Origin: Candidatus Binatia bacterium
Lineage (GTDB): Bacteria; Desulfobacterota; Binatia; Bin18
DNA: 64,000 nt
Direction of reading: 5' to 3'
Assembly (NCBI GenBank): GCA_963664395.2
Contig: OY761159.2
Span: 512,001-576,000 of the forward strand
The notes below the pieces were generated by a model. That model worked only from the letters and a program-made list of their open reading frames with translations, did no database searches and had not been told where the DNA came from. The position numbers and the translations under genes are program-made. Shown here in pieces: positions 9,407 to 20,364 of this stretch; the first letter of the stretch is position 1; each line of letters starts with the position of its first letter.

Positions 9407-9979
9407 CTATCCTTCTTGCTCCAGCCACCAGCGGCCCAGGTCAATCTCAAGGGCTTCAAAGGGTTCGGCCCGTATCATGCCACTCCCGCCGTGGGTACTC
9501 ATCACAACCCAGCGTTGCCCTTCCAGACGATACACTTCCAAAGTACGCATCTTAGGGTCAACCAGCCACAAATGGCCCACCTGCTCTCGGGCGTAGATCG
9601 GCATTTTGAGCACCCGATCATTCCTGCCCGTGCTGGGCGAAACCACCTCACACACCCAGTCAGGAGCCAGTTCGCTATACGGCACGTCCTCCAATACCGG
9701 CATACGCTCTCTGCACCAACCGGCAATATCAGGCACAAGGATGTCTGCTCCAAAGTGCAATTCCGGCTCGAAGAGAATCCACCAGCCCCCAGGACCATCA
9801 GGACCAGCCGGCCTTCGGGAGAAGGGACCAAGGTCTTGTGTGACGGAAGAGGCAGCATGGGCGTGGGGAAAGGACGGCCTGGGCGCGGTCGTCAATTCGC
9901 CATCAATGATCTCCGCAACAAAACGCTCAGGGACCTGGAGCAGGTCCGCATAGGTGGCTCGCTTGCGCGCCGGGTTCAT
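9407..9979 (-). CDS. Uma2 family endonuclease
   Basis: AEIIDGEL...PRP, EPELH, VPDIAGW, PDWVCEVVSPST, WLVDP. Confidence 0.92.
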   Translation of the reverse strand: MNPARKRATYADLLQVPERFVAEIIDGELTTAPRPSFPHAHAASSVTQDLGPFSRRPAGPDGPGGWWILFEPELHFGADILVPDIAGWCRERMPVLEDVPYSELAPDWVCEVVSPSTGRNDRVLKMPIYAREQVGHLWLVDPKMRTLEVYRLEGQRWVVMSTHGGSGMIRAEPFEALEIDLGRWWLEQEG

Positions 9980-10069
9980 GGCGGGGAACTTACCACGGGC
10001 TTGGCAGCCTGGGAAGCCGCGCGACAGGCGAACTATGGTCAGGGGGAGAGAGAAAGCGCATGCTTAACG

Positions 10070-10168
10070 GACGCCGTCGATGAGACCGGACTGAGCGAGG
10101 AGGCATTCCCGACGCAGTGCCCGTTTACCGTCGAGCAGGTTTTAGATGCTGAGTATTGGGAGGAATGA
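10070..10168 (+). pseudogene. DUF29 family 3' remnant
   Basis: DAVDETGLSEEAFPTQCPFTVEQVLDAEYW* matches the DUF29 C-terminus; no N-terminus present. Confidence 0.7.
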
Positions 10169-10209
10169 GGGAAGTGCCTTGAGTTATGAAAGAATAATCT
10201 CGCAACGAT

Positions 10210-13200
10210 CTAGTTGACAAATGGAGGCTCCCGCTCCGCCCTGATCTTTGCCCGGTCAATTTCCTTGTCCAGATTATCTACGTACTCGTCAATCCATTCT
10301 TTTACAATCTCAACAGTTTCGTCTTCTCTGAAGTTCAGCAAGGCCTGCTTCTTCTTCTGGAGATGCAAGCTCTCAGGCCCTGTCCAACCTTCTGTCGAGA
10401 AATTTGACATCAAGCTATTTTGCACCTTTTTTTGTGATCCGTATCGAATTAAGACCTCTCGTGCCAAACAGATACGTTCCTTCTCTCGAAAGAGAGTCTT
10501 CGGCACAAAGGTAGCCAGATACCAGGCTCTCGTTTCAATGTCGTTCTCAACCCACTGCCATAGGTTTTCTGGCGGGAGAGTAGATAAAGCGCTCCCCCCT
10601 GCTCCTAACTCCTCGTCCCCTCTCAGCCATCTTGTGATTCTAAAGGCTCGTGAGTCGATAGGGGGGCCTACATATTTTACAATAATCTCCCATACCTTCT
10701 CAGGCATAAGCCTGAGAATCTCATTTAAGACGGATTGGGTCTCGGAGGCGTATCCTCCGACGACTGTTCCCGCATCACCAAAATGAGAAAGCATTGTCTC
10801 GGCAATAGGTAAACAATCTTCAGGATAGGCTTTGACAAAAGCCTCAGCAATTTCCCTCCAATAATACTCTTCCATCGTGTCCCGCTGGCCTTCATCCGGT
10901 TCTTGAAACAAAACGTCCTGCAACAAAAGCTCTCGGGCCAGTTCCTTCGGGAATGCACATTTCGATTCATTGTGAAGGTAGTACGACTGATAGAGCTTGA
11001 GAGCATCCTGAATAGCCCGACGACTGGGATTTTCGAGCAGGAACCTGAGCCACCTCTCAAGCACTCCCTCTGAACAATTACTAATGACACGCCCAAAGCA
11101 GAAAATCCGCAAATCGTTCGAACTCACGACTCCTCGTTCTGCGAGGTCGAGCACACGCATAGCTGCACGGTCTGATATACCAGACCGCCATGTCAGTTCT
11201 GGAATCCAGATGTCGAGTCCTGGTTCCTCAGCGAGTCTTTCTAGTTGTTCCTCCCAAGCCGTCGGATTGGCTTCAAAGAAACTCCGGAAATACCCCCCGA
11301 GAAAGAATACACTGGGGTCTCCTTCTGCACTCCTTTGAGCCTCAATCAATTGGGGCATGAGAGAGTATTCCTTGTCTTTCTTGCCCAGGGCATACCCAAA
11401 ACGGTATCCGTTCTGCGCCGCCGTAGTCACCAGCCAAGCAAGTTCTGGTAGAAGCGCTTCTGGGCTCTTTGCTGCCTGCAATGCGAGTTCTTCGATTTGT
11501 TTTTGCGTTTGACCCTCGCGATTATTTCCCTGTTCGTCAAATTGATCTTCTATGAGGTCCATTCCGACGTAACGCCGTAGGTGAGACGGAAAATCATTGC
11601 CAGTCAGCCGATTACGGAATTCCTCCCAGTTTTTTCGGATGTCGAGTGGTAGAGCCTTGCCTTCATAGTGAAGGAAAGACACAACTGTAGCGAGAATTTT
11701 TTTCCTGTCCACAGAGCTTGTACTATCAAGTTCTCGAAGCGTTTCGATGACCATTTCAGAAAGGCTTGGAATCGTTCCCAGACCACGTGCTTTTTTCAAC
11801 AGAACAGCGACAGCTTCGAGAGATTCTTCTTCTGGCAGAGTCGCTACCTGCTCGCTAAGTAGTTTCCACACGTGACGATACGCCTCATAAAGCTCTCCGT
11901 ACGTCTTCGGAGTCCATCTTAGAAACTCCTTCCGAAGCCCCTCCCATTCATTGCCGATCATACGGACAAAATGGTGAGCTTCAAGGGCTTGGTCACATGC
12001 CCGAATAGCGAGGAGTCGTTTTTCTCTTGAGTCGGATGCGAACGCCTCTAGTAGGACCGGGAAACCTTCTTCTGGAGGAGCTTCTGTTGGCGCCACTTCT
12101 CCATAAGCGGATGAAAATAGCGCAGCAAAAACGCCACTGGCACTATTAGAATAAGTTTCATTCTCCGCTTCGCCGAGAGCAAGCAAGAGCCTGGCAGCGT
12201 CGCAAAACAGCTCTCTGTGTATTGCCAACCCTTCTAAAGCCCATACCACTTCTCTACGGCCGCTCGTGAAATTGGACAAATCTGCCTTACTCCAAGTCCC
12301 GATAGTTTGTCTCAGGCACTGAATAGCTGAGGAAGGATCAGCTTTTGCGAGGGCTAAAAAAAAACGACTTCCTAATTGTGTCGCTAGATAAGAATCTTTT
12401 TGGAACGGCCCATCTTCTCCCAAAAGTTCCTGAACAATTCGAGAGGCCGCCTCTGAATTCGTTGCATACTCGAACATCTCATTGAACCAATCCACCAAGT
12501 TGGGAGGAAGACCCTCAACAAAACTCCCATAGTTAAAGGATACTCCGTATGTCTGCTGCCAATCTATCCAGAGCTTAATCTGTAACAATTTCGGAGTGAT
12601 ATATAGGGTGTTCTCTCCCTGAAGTATTCTTCGCTCCCTCAAGTTCCGAATAATCTCCTGAAAACGAGGCCAAGTAATTTGCGGGTCTACTTCTTCAATC
12701 TTCTTTGCAATCGCCTGCGCTTCTGCAATCAGAGAATGTCCGTAACCGAATCTCTTGAACAAGGCGATATGGAGAAGGACTACTCTTCGTTGGCGCACTG
12801 TTAGGCTGTCCGGATTATCCCCCCCCGGTAATGTAGCGGTCCCAAACGTTGACCGTACCGGGCTCTCTTAAAATATCTTCAGGATTTGTCCCTAAATTTT
12901 CCCCAATGACATGAGCTACGCGCGGTGATCCGCTGCACTCTCCGACCCATCTATCAGCGGAGTCCCTGAGAATCCCGTATCTTTGTATGATGCCGCTGAT
13001 CTGTTCATTATCCAGTGAGGGGGCATCGAGGCATCTATCTGGAATTCTTTCATATTCATTGTAGATGGTGATGAGTTTAATTCTCGGGCCACGATATTGC
13101 AGCTTGTCCCAAATATACGTCCTGCTACCCGGATCACATTCATCAATGACAACGATGGCAGAGAACGGATTATCATCCCTCAGAATCTCGTTCATGAGAT

Positions 13201-13996
13201 CGCTATCTTTGAATATGCTTGCAGCAGAGCAATAAATGACTAGCGGTTGTAAATCCTTGGTGCGTGTTGCTTCCAGAACAAGTCTCGTTTTGCCAATCCC
13301 CGGCTCGCCCTGGACATGTATATGTACCGCCTCATCTGTCTCTCTGAGTGGTTGCCGGAGGGCGACGATAAATTCCTCCTGATGAGGACCAGCCTGAAAG
13401 TGGCGTCTCATTTCAGAATCTTGAGACCAACTCCGGTGTGTTTGAAATCGTGCCTGCTCGCGCTGTGAGATTTGTAAAGCCAGAGAAGGGAACGGTTTTA
13501 AGAATCCGATGAGGTGATTCTGCCGCCAAATTTCGATCTTTGCCTCTCTATATCCAGGATTAACTTCCGCGAGTTTCTCCTTGAACCTACTGATAACTTG
13601 TTGATCTTCCCTTTCTGGGTTATCCGACCCGAATAGGACCACAACGAGCGTGCTTTCTTGATCGAGGCAAGTTTTGATTCTTGGTTTTAATCCTGATCTG
13701 TTGAGCAGGATTTCTCTTATATCGCTATCACCACTAAGAGAAAAATTACCCGTCTTTATCTGGTAACGAGTTAAACCGGGCTTGATGATTCCCTGCCCCT
13801 GGCTTGCGGGAGCGTCTTGTACTTCTGCATCAATCCCACCGTCATCGACATAGATAGCACTCGGTACGTCAATAAGGTTTTTCTGTATGCCCAAAGCGGT
13901 TGCTTCTGCCCAAAGGAGTTCCCGGAAACAGTCCACTGCTTCGCTTGGGCTCAGCCGATTAAGGTCTTCATTCGTAACGGTAAAAATCGTGCTCAT
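10210..13996 (-). CDS. Avs-like nuclease + STAND NTPase + helical-repeat protein, split by +1 frameshift in a G8 tract (about 1261 aa if repaired)
   Basis: DGGIDA...YQIKTG nuclease motif, GEPGIGKT Walker A, IVVIDE Walker B. Removing one G at 12819-12826 joins ITGG-DNPDSLTV-RQRRVV to the 862-aa ORF. AT-richer than flanks. Confidence 0.75.
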
Positions 13997-14292
13997 ACGA
14001 ACGGCCTACTCAGGGAATCTGAGCGTATAATTCCCATTATTTCAGATTAGCAAAAGCTCGAAACACCGTCCGACCAATCCGTACAATTTGTCATCTTATG
14101 AGAAGATAAAGGGCAGATTCATCGCTGGTTCATTTGCCATCGGGCCGATGAACTGTCCAGTGGGAATATATCTCTATTTTTCCACCACCAACAGTAGTAC
14201 TTTCGTACTGTCCTATGAAGAAGCCAATCGCTTCGGCCAGCTCTGTGAATAGGGCAGACACGAGGCCAGTTCCTATAAGCATTCGAGCTTTC

Positions 14293-15189
14293 CTACGCCG
14301 CGGCCCATTTTTCGCGCAGGAACTCCCCGACCCGTTCGATGCCTCTTTTGCCCTCATCCAGCATGGGGTGAAAGGCGTGCCAGACATGGATCATATTGTC
14401 CCAAATTTCGAGGCTACACTCGACACCCGCCGCTTTGGCCTTTTCGTCGAATGTGATGGAGTCGCCCAGGAGAATTTCATCCCGACCGACATGGATCAAC
14501 ACCGGTGGCAGGCCGCTGAGATCAGCCAGATTGGGGGACGCATACGGATGCGTGGGATCGCTGTCACCAACGTATAAGCCCGCCATGCGTTTGAGACCAT
14601 GGATGGTCACTATAGGGTCAGCCGCGGCTCTGGTCTGATACGACTCGTTCGAGCAGGTCATATCCGACCACGGACTGATCGCCACCGCAGCCGCGGGCAT
14701 GGGAACACTGTTGTCACGCGCTGCAACCAAGGTCGCCAGGGTCAACCCGCCCCCGGCCGAGTCCCCGCCAATGGATAGATTTTCTGGCGAAAATCCTTGC
14801 TCAACCAGCCATTTGAGTGACGCCACGCCGTCGTCAACCGCGGCCGGAAAGGGGTCTTCGGGTGCCATACGGTAATCAACCAGCAACACCGCGGACTGGG
14901 CGCAGCGAGAGATTTCTCCCGCCAGCGAGCGGTGCGTATTGATTGAGCCCACCACATAGCCTCCGCCGTGCAGATACAGGATGGCTCGCTCGGCCTGACT
15001 GCCGGGCGCTCGGACCCATTCTGCGTCACGATTCGCCACGCTCACCGCTTCCGTTTCAATATCGTCGGCGGCCTTGAAGGCCAGCTTTTCCATACTTTTG
15101 CGCATGGCCTCAATCGGCGGCTCAACATCCGCCGGAAGCTGTTTTTCGCGTAAAATCTGTTTCAGTTTATCAATGCTCATTCCCGCCAT
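14293..15189 (-). CDS. Alpha/beta hydrolase, HSL-family esterase
   Basis: HGGGY oxyanion motif, GDSAGG nucleophile, DEILL, HVWH. Confidence 0.92.
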   Translation of the reverse strand: MAGMSIDKLKQILREKQLPADVEPPIEAMRKSMEKLAFKAADDIETEAVSVANRDAEWVRAPGSQAERAILYLHGGGYVVGSINTHRSLAGEISRCAQSAVLLVDYRMAPEDPFPAAVDDGVASLKWLVEQGFSPENLSIGGDSAGGGLTLATLVAARDNSVPMPAAAVAISPWSDMTCSNESYQTRAAADPIVTIHGLKRMAGLYVGDSDPTHPYASPNLADLSGLPPVLIHVGRDEILLGDSITFDEKAKAAGVECSLEIWDNMIHVWHAFHPMLDEGKRGIERVGEFLREKWAAA

Positions 15190-15293
15190 TGGCTTCCCCC
15201 CTTCGCGTGATAATGTAGACACCCTATGCTTCATCGCTACCCGTGTCACTGTTGCGCTCTTGACTCACCACAGGGCAAGGACGGAGCCGGAGG

Positions 15294-16310
15294 GTGAGTG
15301 AAATGCAGGTGTTGGCGCTCTATCATATGAAGGGCGGGGTGGGAAAAACGGCCGCCGCCGTCAATCTTGCCTACCTGGCGGCGCAGTCTGGGGCCCGGAC
15401 CCTCCTCTGCGACCTCGACCCTCAGGCTTCGGCTACCTATTACTTTCGCATCCAACCCAAACTCAAAGCCAAACAGAAGGTTTTTGCGCGTGGCGGGAAG
15501 CATCTTGAAAAGAGCATCAAGGCGACCGATTTTGCGCACCTGGACCTGCTACCGGGCGCCTTGTCTCATCGCCACCTGACGGAGGTGTTTCAGCAAGCCA
15601 AACACCCGGCACGCTGTCTGCACCGCAGCCTGGCGACGCTTCGGGACGAATACCAGTATGTGATCCTCGACTGTCCGTCCGGGGTGAGCCTGATGGCTCA
15701 AAACGTTTTCTATGCCGCAGATTACGTCCTGATTCCCGTTGTTCCCTCACCCCTGTCGGTCCATGCGTATCAGCAGCTCCGCACGTTTTACACAAAACAC
15801 GGCTACGACCTCAACAAACTCCGGACGTTTTTCTCCATGGTGGAACGGCAAAAAAAGCTGCATCAGTCCGTCATGCGGGAGCTGACCGCTTCCCACCCCG
15901 AAGCCCTGCCGCAGGCCATCCCGTATCTGGTCGATGTCGAAAACATGGGCATCCACCGGGAACCGGTTCTCGTCTCTGTTCCGCATTCCCGGGCATCCCA
16001 GGCGTATGAACAGTTGTGGACAGCAATGGAAGCGCTACTCAATCAGGCTCACCCCGGCTCTCCACCTGCTCCTGCCGGTCCTGCCGATCTTGCCGGTCCT
16101 GCCGATCTTGCCGGTCCTGCCGATCTTGCGTGCCGATCTTGCGGACCGGCAATCTCAACCCGACCAGAACCGTTCAAGGGCGGAATCATCGGATCAATCA
16201 CCGCAATCAACGTCCGAAACTCTTCCACAACCTGCTGTTGCAGTTTCTGCCGCTCTGAAATCAGCGAAGTAAGCAGGACTTCCAGGGCGGGGCGCGTACC
16301 ATTTTCGTGA
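15294..16310 (+). CDS. ParA/Soj-family ATPase (CHAD-associated type) with repeat-derived C-terminal extension
   Basis: KGGVGKT deviant Walker A, DLDPQAS, ILDCPSG; recognisable homology ends near 16050. Confidence 0.85.
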   Translation: MSEMQVLALYHMKGGVGKTAAAVNLAYLAAQSGARTLLCDLDPQASATYYFRIQPKLKAKQKVFARGGKHLEKSIKATDFAHLDLLPGALSHRHLTEVFQQAKHPARCLHRSLATLRDEYQYVILDCPSGVSLMAQNVFYAADYVLIPVVPSPLSVHAYQQLRTFYTKHGYDLNKLRTFFSMVERQKKLHQSVMRELTASHPEALPQAIPYLVDVENMGIHREPVLVSVPHSRASQAYEQLWTAMEALLNQAHPGSPPAPAGPADLAGPADLAGPADLACRSCGPAISTRPEPFKGGIIGSITAINVRNSSTTCCCSFCRSEISEVSRTSRAGRVPFS

Positions 16311-17695
16311 AAGGCAAAACCTCCGCTGGTCGTGCTGAACTGTTGGATCAGGACGCTCTGGACACTGATGTCCTGTATTCGGCCCAAGGTCCGCTGGGCA
16401 CGCTTCAGGTGGGTAAGCACCTTGCGGACAGGTAGTTCCGGCAGGGCGGCAATAAAGAAATCCAGCAGATAGCGAAGTTTTTTGCATTCGATTCTCAACT
16501 CATGGAGCCGCTCGCTGCCGGCGTGTTGCAGGCTGTGCGGCTCTATTGAGACGAGCGCCCGATATTTCCGGACCATACTTTCGAGAACCAGTGCTTTGAC
16601 GGTCGGGGTATGCGGAGCATCCGCCTCAGGCTGGGTGGCAAACGTCTCCCACTCTCGCATCACGGCTCGGTACCGCCTGGTCTCGAATGTCTGCACCAGA
16701 GTCCGATAGTGTTCTCTGCGTTCCTGCTGGAGAAAAGCGAAAAAAGGGTGGAGAGCGGACCGGCTGTCAACCGGAAGCCGCTGACGGTAGTCGTCCTGCA
16801 CGAGGAGAAAAGCATCCAGGTCCCGCGCACTCCCGGTTGACCGTCCGAGCTGGGCCAGAGCTTTGCGAAATCGCTGTGTGGCTTTGGGAGGAAAAACTTC
16901 ACGCGTCTGTCCAAGCAGGGAGCGCGCCCGTCTGACGGCAACCCGAAAGTCGTGCAGATAGAGTGGGTCATCCCCCTGGCGCAGGCCCAACTCGTTATAG
17001 CGCACCATGGCCAGGAGTAAGCGCAAGAGGCGGCGGACTGCTCGGTCAACCGAGACCTCCGGCGGTAACGGCAAGGGGCGTTTGACCGAATATTTACCCG
17101 GAGAGCGGCCTGCTGTCGCCAACACTTCCTGGTTGACACTGCTGGTCGCCGGTATGAGGTCCTGCTCCTGACACCATAGCACTAATTGTTTCGCCTCTTT
17201 CTCATAGCCTCTGAGCGGCTGGACCCAGATACGCGGGCGGAGGGCAAGACTCTGATTTTTTTTCGCTACAGCGTGCTCTTCAACAATCAGGCGCACCGTT
17301 GTCTTCTGGCGCTGGTCGAACACCCGTATCGGGAGGCTGCGTGTATGCAGGCTGAAGAGCCGGGTGAACGGGAGATCCTCAATGAGCGCCACCAGGCGTT
17401 CTCGCAAACGGCTAGCCGGCAAATCCGTTGCAGAAGATGGAAGCGTCGGACAAGGAATCTCTTCAAGAGGGAACACTGCATCATACGACTGGAGAGCAAG
17501 CGTTTCAGCGTTCACGGAGAGGGCCAGTCGGTACAGGCTGAGCTGCCAGTCAGCCGTGTCGTACTGGGTGCGGCGCTCGGTCTTGAGCGGCTCTTTGTGG
17601 ATGGAGAACGAGTGGGCCAGCGCCTCAAGAAATTTTTTCCGGCTCCAGCGTCCTCGGGGAAGGAGTTGAATATCGGTTTTGTGTTCGCTGACCAT
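16049..17695 (-). CDS. CHAD domain (polyphosphate-binding) protein
   Basis: LHDFRVAVRRARS, ARDLD, LHELRIECKKLRY, LGRIQD. Confidence 0.88.
   Translation of the reverse strand: MVSEHKTDIQLLPRGRWSRKKFLEALAHSFSIHKEPLKTERRTQYDTADWQLSLYRLALSVNAETLALQSYDAVFPLEEIPCPTLPSSATDLPASRLRERLVALIEDLPFTRLFSLHTRSLPIRVFDQRQKTTVRLIVEEHAVAKKNQSLALRPRIWVQPLRGYEKEAKQLVLWCQEQDLIPATSSVNQEVLATAGRSPGKYSVKRPLPLPPEVSVDRAVRRLLRLLLAMVRYNELGLRQGDDPLYLHDFRVAVRRARSLLGQTREVFPPKATQRFRKALAQLGRSTGSARDLDAFLLVQDDYRQRLPVDSRSALHPFFAFLQQERREHYRTLVQTFETRRYRAVMREWETFATQPEADAPHTPTVKALVLESMVRKYRALVSIEPHSLQHAGSERLHELRIECKKLRYLLDFFIAALPELPVRKVLTHLKRAQRTLGRIQDISVQSVLIQQFSTTSGGFAFHENGTRPALEVLLTSLISERQKLQQQVVEEFRTLIAVIDPMIPPLNGSGRVEIAGPQDRHARSAGPARSAGPARSAGPAGAGGEPG
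16071..16142. repeat. 9/18-bp tandem repeat in the ParA/CHAD overlap
   Basis: cctgccggt (cctgccgat cttgccggt)x2 cctgccgat cttgcg tgccgat cttgcg. Confidence 0.85.
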
Positions 17696-17815
17696 GCGCT
17701 CCGCGAGAGCGATCTTATGCCCCCCGCTTGGGCGTTTCCTGCGCTCGCCCCTGTACTTGTAGCGCAGCCCGCCCCGCTCCGACAATACCGGTCCGTCGGA
17801 CGGTCCGAGACGGTC

Positions 17816-19651
17816 CTAGGGCAGTCCGCTACCAAGCGGTGTGCCGGCCCAGTCTTTGCCAATCACCGCTTCGACTTCAATCGGGACCTGATCCGCGACA
17901 ATCTCTCGCATGGCTTCGACCATATGTGCAGTCAACCATTCCTGGCCGGCCTCTGCCTCGGCCAGCGGCACTTCGACCAGAATTTCGTCGTGTACGCAGG
18001 CAACGGGCGTTGCGCTCGACACCTGGTCGCGGTGTTCAAACAAGCGCGCCAGAGCCAGCTTGAGACCGTCGCCACCCGTGCCTTGTACCGGGATATTGAG
18101 CAAGACGTTAAAGTGCCGCACGCCCAGAAAACGGCGTCCGGTGAGCGTGCGGGTTTCGAGTCCGCGCGCCTGATGCCGCGCCTGCTCAACCTGTCGTTTC
18201 GCCTGCTGATGCCAGCGTGCGATTCCCTGATAGGTGAGAAAGAAAGCGCGGTGGTATTGGGCCGCTTCCTGGTCTGACATGCGGACGCCGTACTTTGTTT
18301 CAGCATCATGTTTCAGGCCGTTCACCCCCATGCCGTACAGCAGGCCGAAGTTGACACTCTTGGCGAGTTGGCGGTGGTGCGGTTCAACCTGGTTCAGGGG
18401 GATGTGTAGAATGCGCGAAGCAGTCAGCGCATGCAGGTCGGTTTCCTCTCGGAACGCTTGCAGCATGGTCGCGTCGTTGGCCAGGGCCGCTGCGATACGG
18501 AGTTCGACCTGTGAATAGTCGGCTTTAATCAGGGCCATTTCCGGTGCGGCGCGAAAGCAGGCGCGAAAGGAACGCGCCTTTGGGATCTGTTGGATATTTG
18601 GGCCACCGCAACTCATCCGACCGGTGGCCGCCCCGTTCTGGAAATAGACCGGATAGACTCGTTCCGAGTCCGTATCGAAAAACGAGTCGATGACACTCCG
18701 GCCATACGTACTGACCCGTTTGGCAACTTCTTTATGGTTGACCAAAAGTTCGGCAATGGGATGGTCGATTTTCTTCAGCGTTGCGGCCCGAGCATTGGGT
18801 AATGCAATATCCAGGGTTTGGAACAGCGCCTTGATTTGCTGGGATGAGGCCCAATTTATGGCCATGCCCAAATCCTGAGCGTGTACGTTGAGCTGTTGGG
18901 TCAGGGCACCGAGCTGTGCTTCATCTTCCAATGTCCGGGCCAGCCAGCCTTCCGCATCAAAGGCGACGCCGGCGATTTCCATCCAGGCCAAAGCTTGCAC
19001 ACAGCGAAATTCAATATCCGCCGCCCGTGCCAGGCCCGCTTCTACCAGCGCTGGACGCAAGCCATCGTACAGCGGCCACAGCACCGCAACATCCCGCGCA
19101 GCATACTCCAGTTGTGCTGCGCTCAGTTCCCCGGACCAGTCAGCCGCTTGCAAATCTTTAGGCAGCGCGTGTCCTAATTCCTGTTCAACCAGGTGTTCAA
19201 GACTATGTCGTACTCTCAGTCCAGCCTTGAGCACCTGGTTGGCCAACATCGTGTCAAAGACTTCAGCCGGCCAGGGACAGCCGGCTGAGACAAGAAATTT
19301 CAGGTCAAACTTGGCATTGTGGAAGAGCCAGCGGCGCTCCGTATTGAAAAGGGGGAAGATCGCTTCAAGGGGGATGTGACGCATATCAAAAAGATAAGCG
19401 TGGTCCGGTGTCGCGATCTGGATGAGCCGGAGGGAGTCTTTCCGAAAGTCTAATCCCGTGGTTTCGGTATCACAGGACAGGATGGGCGCAGCGTGCAGGA
19501 CGGGAAGCAGCCGCTCAAGCTGAGCCGGTTCAGTCACCACAGTATATTCAGGTGTTTCAAACACGGGCAGGGCTCCAAACGGAGCTGCCTGACTTGTTTG
19601 AGAGTGCATCTCTTCCGGGAAGAGAACGCCTTGTTCGTAGGGCTGCATCAT
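17816..19651 (-). CDS. Family A DNA polymerase with 3'-5' exonuclease and no 5'-3' exonuclease
   Basis: ExoI DTETTG, ExoII HNAKFD, ExoIII YAARD; motif A DYSQVELR, B AKSVNFGLLYG, C VHDE. Confidence 0.92.
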   Translation of the reverse strand: MMQPYEQGVLFPEEMHSQTSQAAPFGALPVFETPEYTVVTEPAQLERLLPVLHAAPILSCDTETTGLDFRKDSLRLIQIATPDHAYLFDMRHIPLEAIFPLFNTERRWLFHNAKFDLKFLVSAGCPWPAEVFDTMLANQVLKAGLRVRHSLEHLVEQELGHALPKDLQAADWSGELSAAQLEYAARDVAVLWPLYDGLRPALVEAGLARAADIEFRCVQALAWMEIAGVAFDAEGWLARTLEDEAQLGALTQQLNVHAQDLGMAINWASSQQIKALFQTLDIALPNARAATLKKIDHPIAELLVNHKEVAKRVSTYGRSVIDSFFDTDSERVYPVYFQNGAATGRMSCGGPNIQQIPKARSFRACFRAAPEMALIKADYSQVELRIAAALANDATMLQAFREETDLHALTASRILHIPLNQVEPHHRQLAKSVNFGLLYGMGVNGLKHDAETKYGVRMSDQEAAQYHRAFFLTYQGIARWHQQAKRQVEQARHQARGLETRTLTGRRFLGVRHFNVLLNIPVQGTGGDGLKLALARLFEHRDQVSSATPVACVHDEILVEVPLAEAEAGQEWLTAHMVEAMREIVADQVPIEVEAVIGKDWAGTPLGSGLP

Positions 19652-19749
19652 GCTTCGTCTCACCAAAAGAGGGGCAGGCTACCACCCTTCAAAGCCTCAC
19701 GCGCCATACAGTATTTCCTATACTTGCGTCCACTGTTACAGAGCTGTTG

Positions 19750-20364
19750 TTATTTCTGCTCGCGATCTTCGGTCCCGCGCAACACGGCTTTGGGTGCCGT
19801 GCAGACGACACTATCCCCTCCATAACTCCCCGCGCATTCCCAGCGGTAATGGGTCGCTGTGTCCCCTGCATAATAATCCAAATAGTCCCCGGTCACACAA
19901 CTATTAAGAGTGCTCCCGCATTGCCCGTCTACCTGAGCCAAACAGGTGGGGGCATTCACTCCATATATCCGCTCACAGGTCCACTCGCAGGCCGTAATGT
20001 CCGCCGCCGCCGTGCTATGACGCACTAACTCGGTGATCTCAAAGAAGCCATCGGTATGCACCTTCTCCTCATAGGCGGTATACCGGCCTCGCACTTCCAC
20101 AAAGAGTTGGCCGTATTTCGTCAACTGCCCACTGTTCTCCATGCCGGCATACGCCTGTGAGAGGGTGGTAAAGGCGGGACTATCGACCACGTCCCATATT
20201 TCAAAGACATGACAGGGGTGCAACACATTTTCGTACTCCCCATCGGGATTACTAATATACAAGCCCGTGACGGTGATGATCTCGCTGTCCTGCGCTTCTA
20301 CGAGGCCACCAGGCAGTACCACGGCCACGAGCATCAAAACGACGCAGAAACGTTTCATCCGCAT
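19750..20364 (-). CDS. Secreted protein with NlpE-C-like OB domain and Cys-rich C-terminal module
   Basis: Signal peptide ending VEA; LFVEVRGRY; VDGQCGS...SC...RWECAGSYGG...C. Confidence 0.6.
   Translation of the reverse strand: MRMKRFCVVLMLVAVVLPGGLVEAQDSEIITVTGLYISNPDGEYENVLHPCHVFEIWDVVDSPAFTTLSQAYAGMENSGQLTKYGQLFVEVRGRYTAYEEKVHTDGFFEITELVRHSTAAADITACEWTCERIYGVNAPTCLAQVDGQCGSTLNSCVTGDYLDYYAGDTATHYRWECAGSYGGDSVVCTAPKAVLRGTEDREQK

Noticed and set aside
14130-14290. Short AT-richer ORF fragment next to the Avs-like gene
   Set aside because: No recognisable family or RBS; cannot be supported
16071-16142. Possible CRISPR array
   Set aside because: Contiguous 9/18-bp units without spacers; no cas genes
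15294-19651. Plasmid or prophage replicon (ParA + PolA)
   Set aside because: ParA is the CHAD-associated type; no parB, rep, integrase or virion genes; host-like composition
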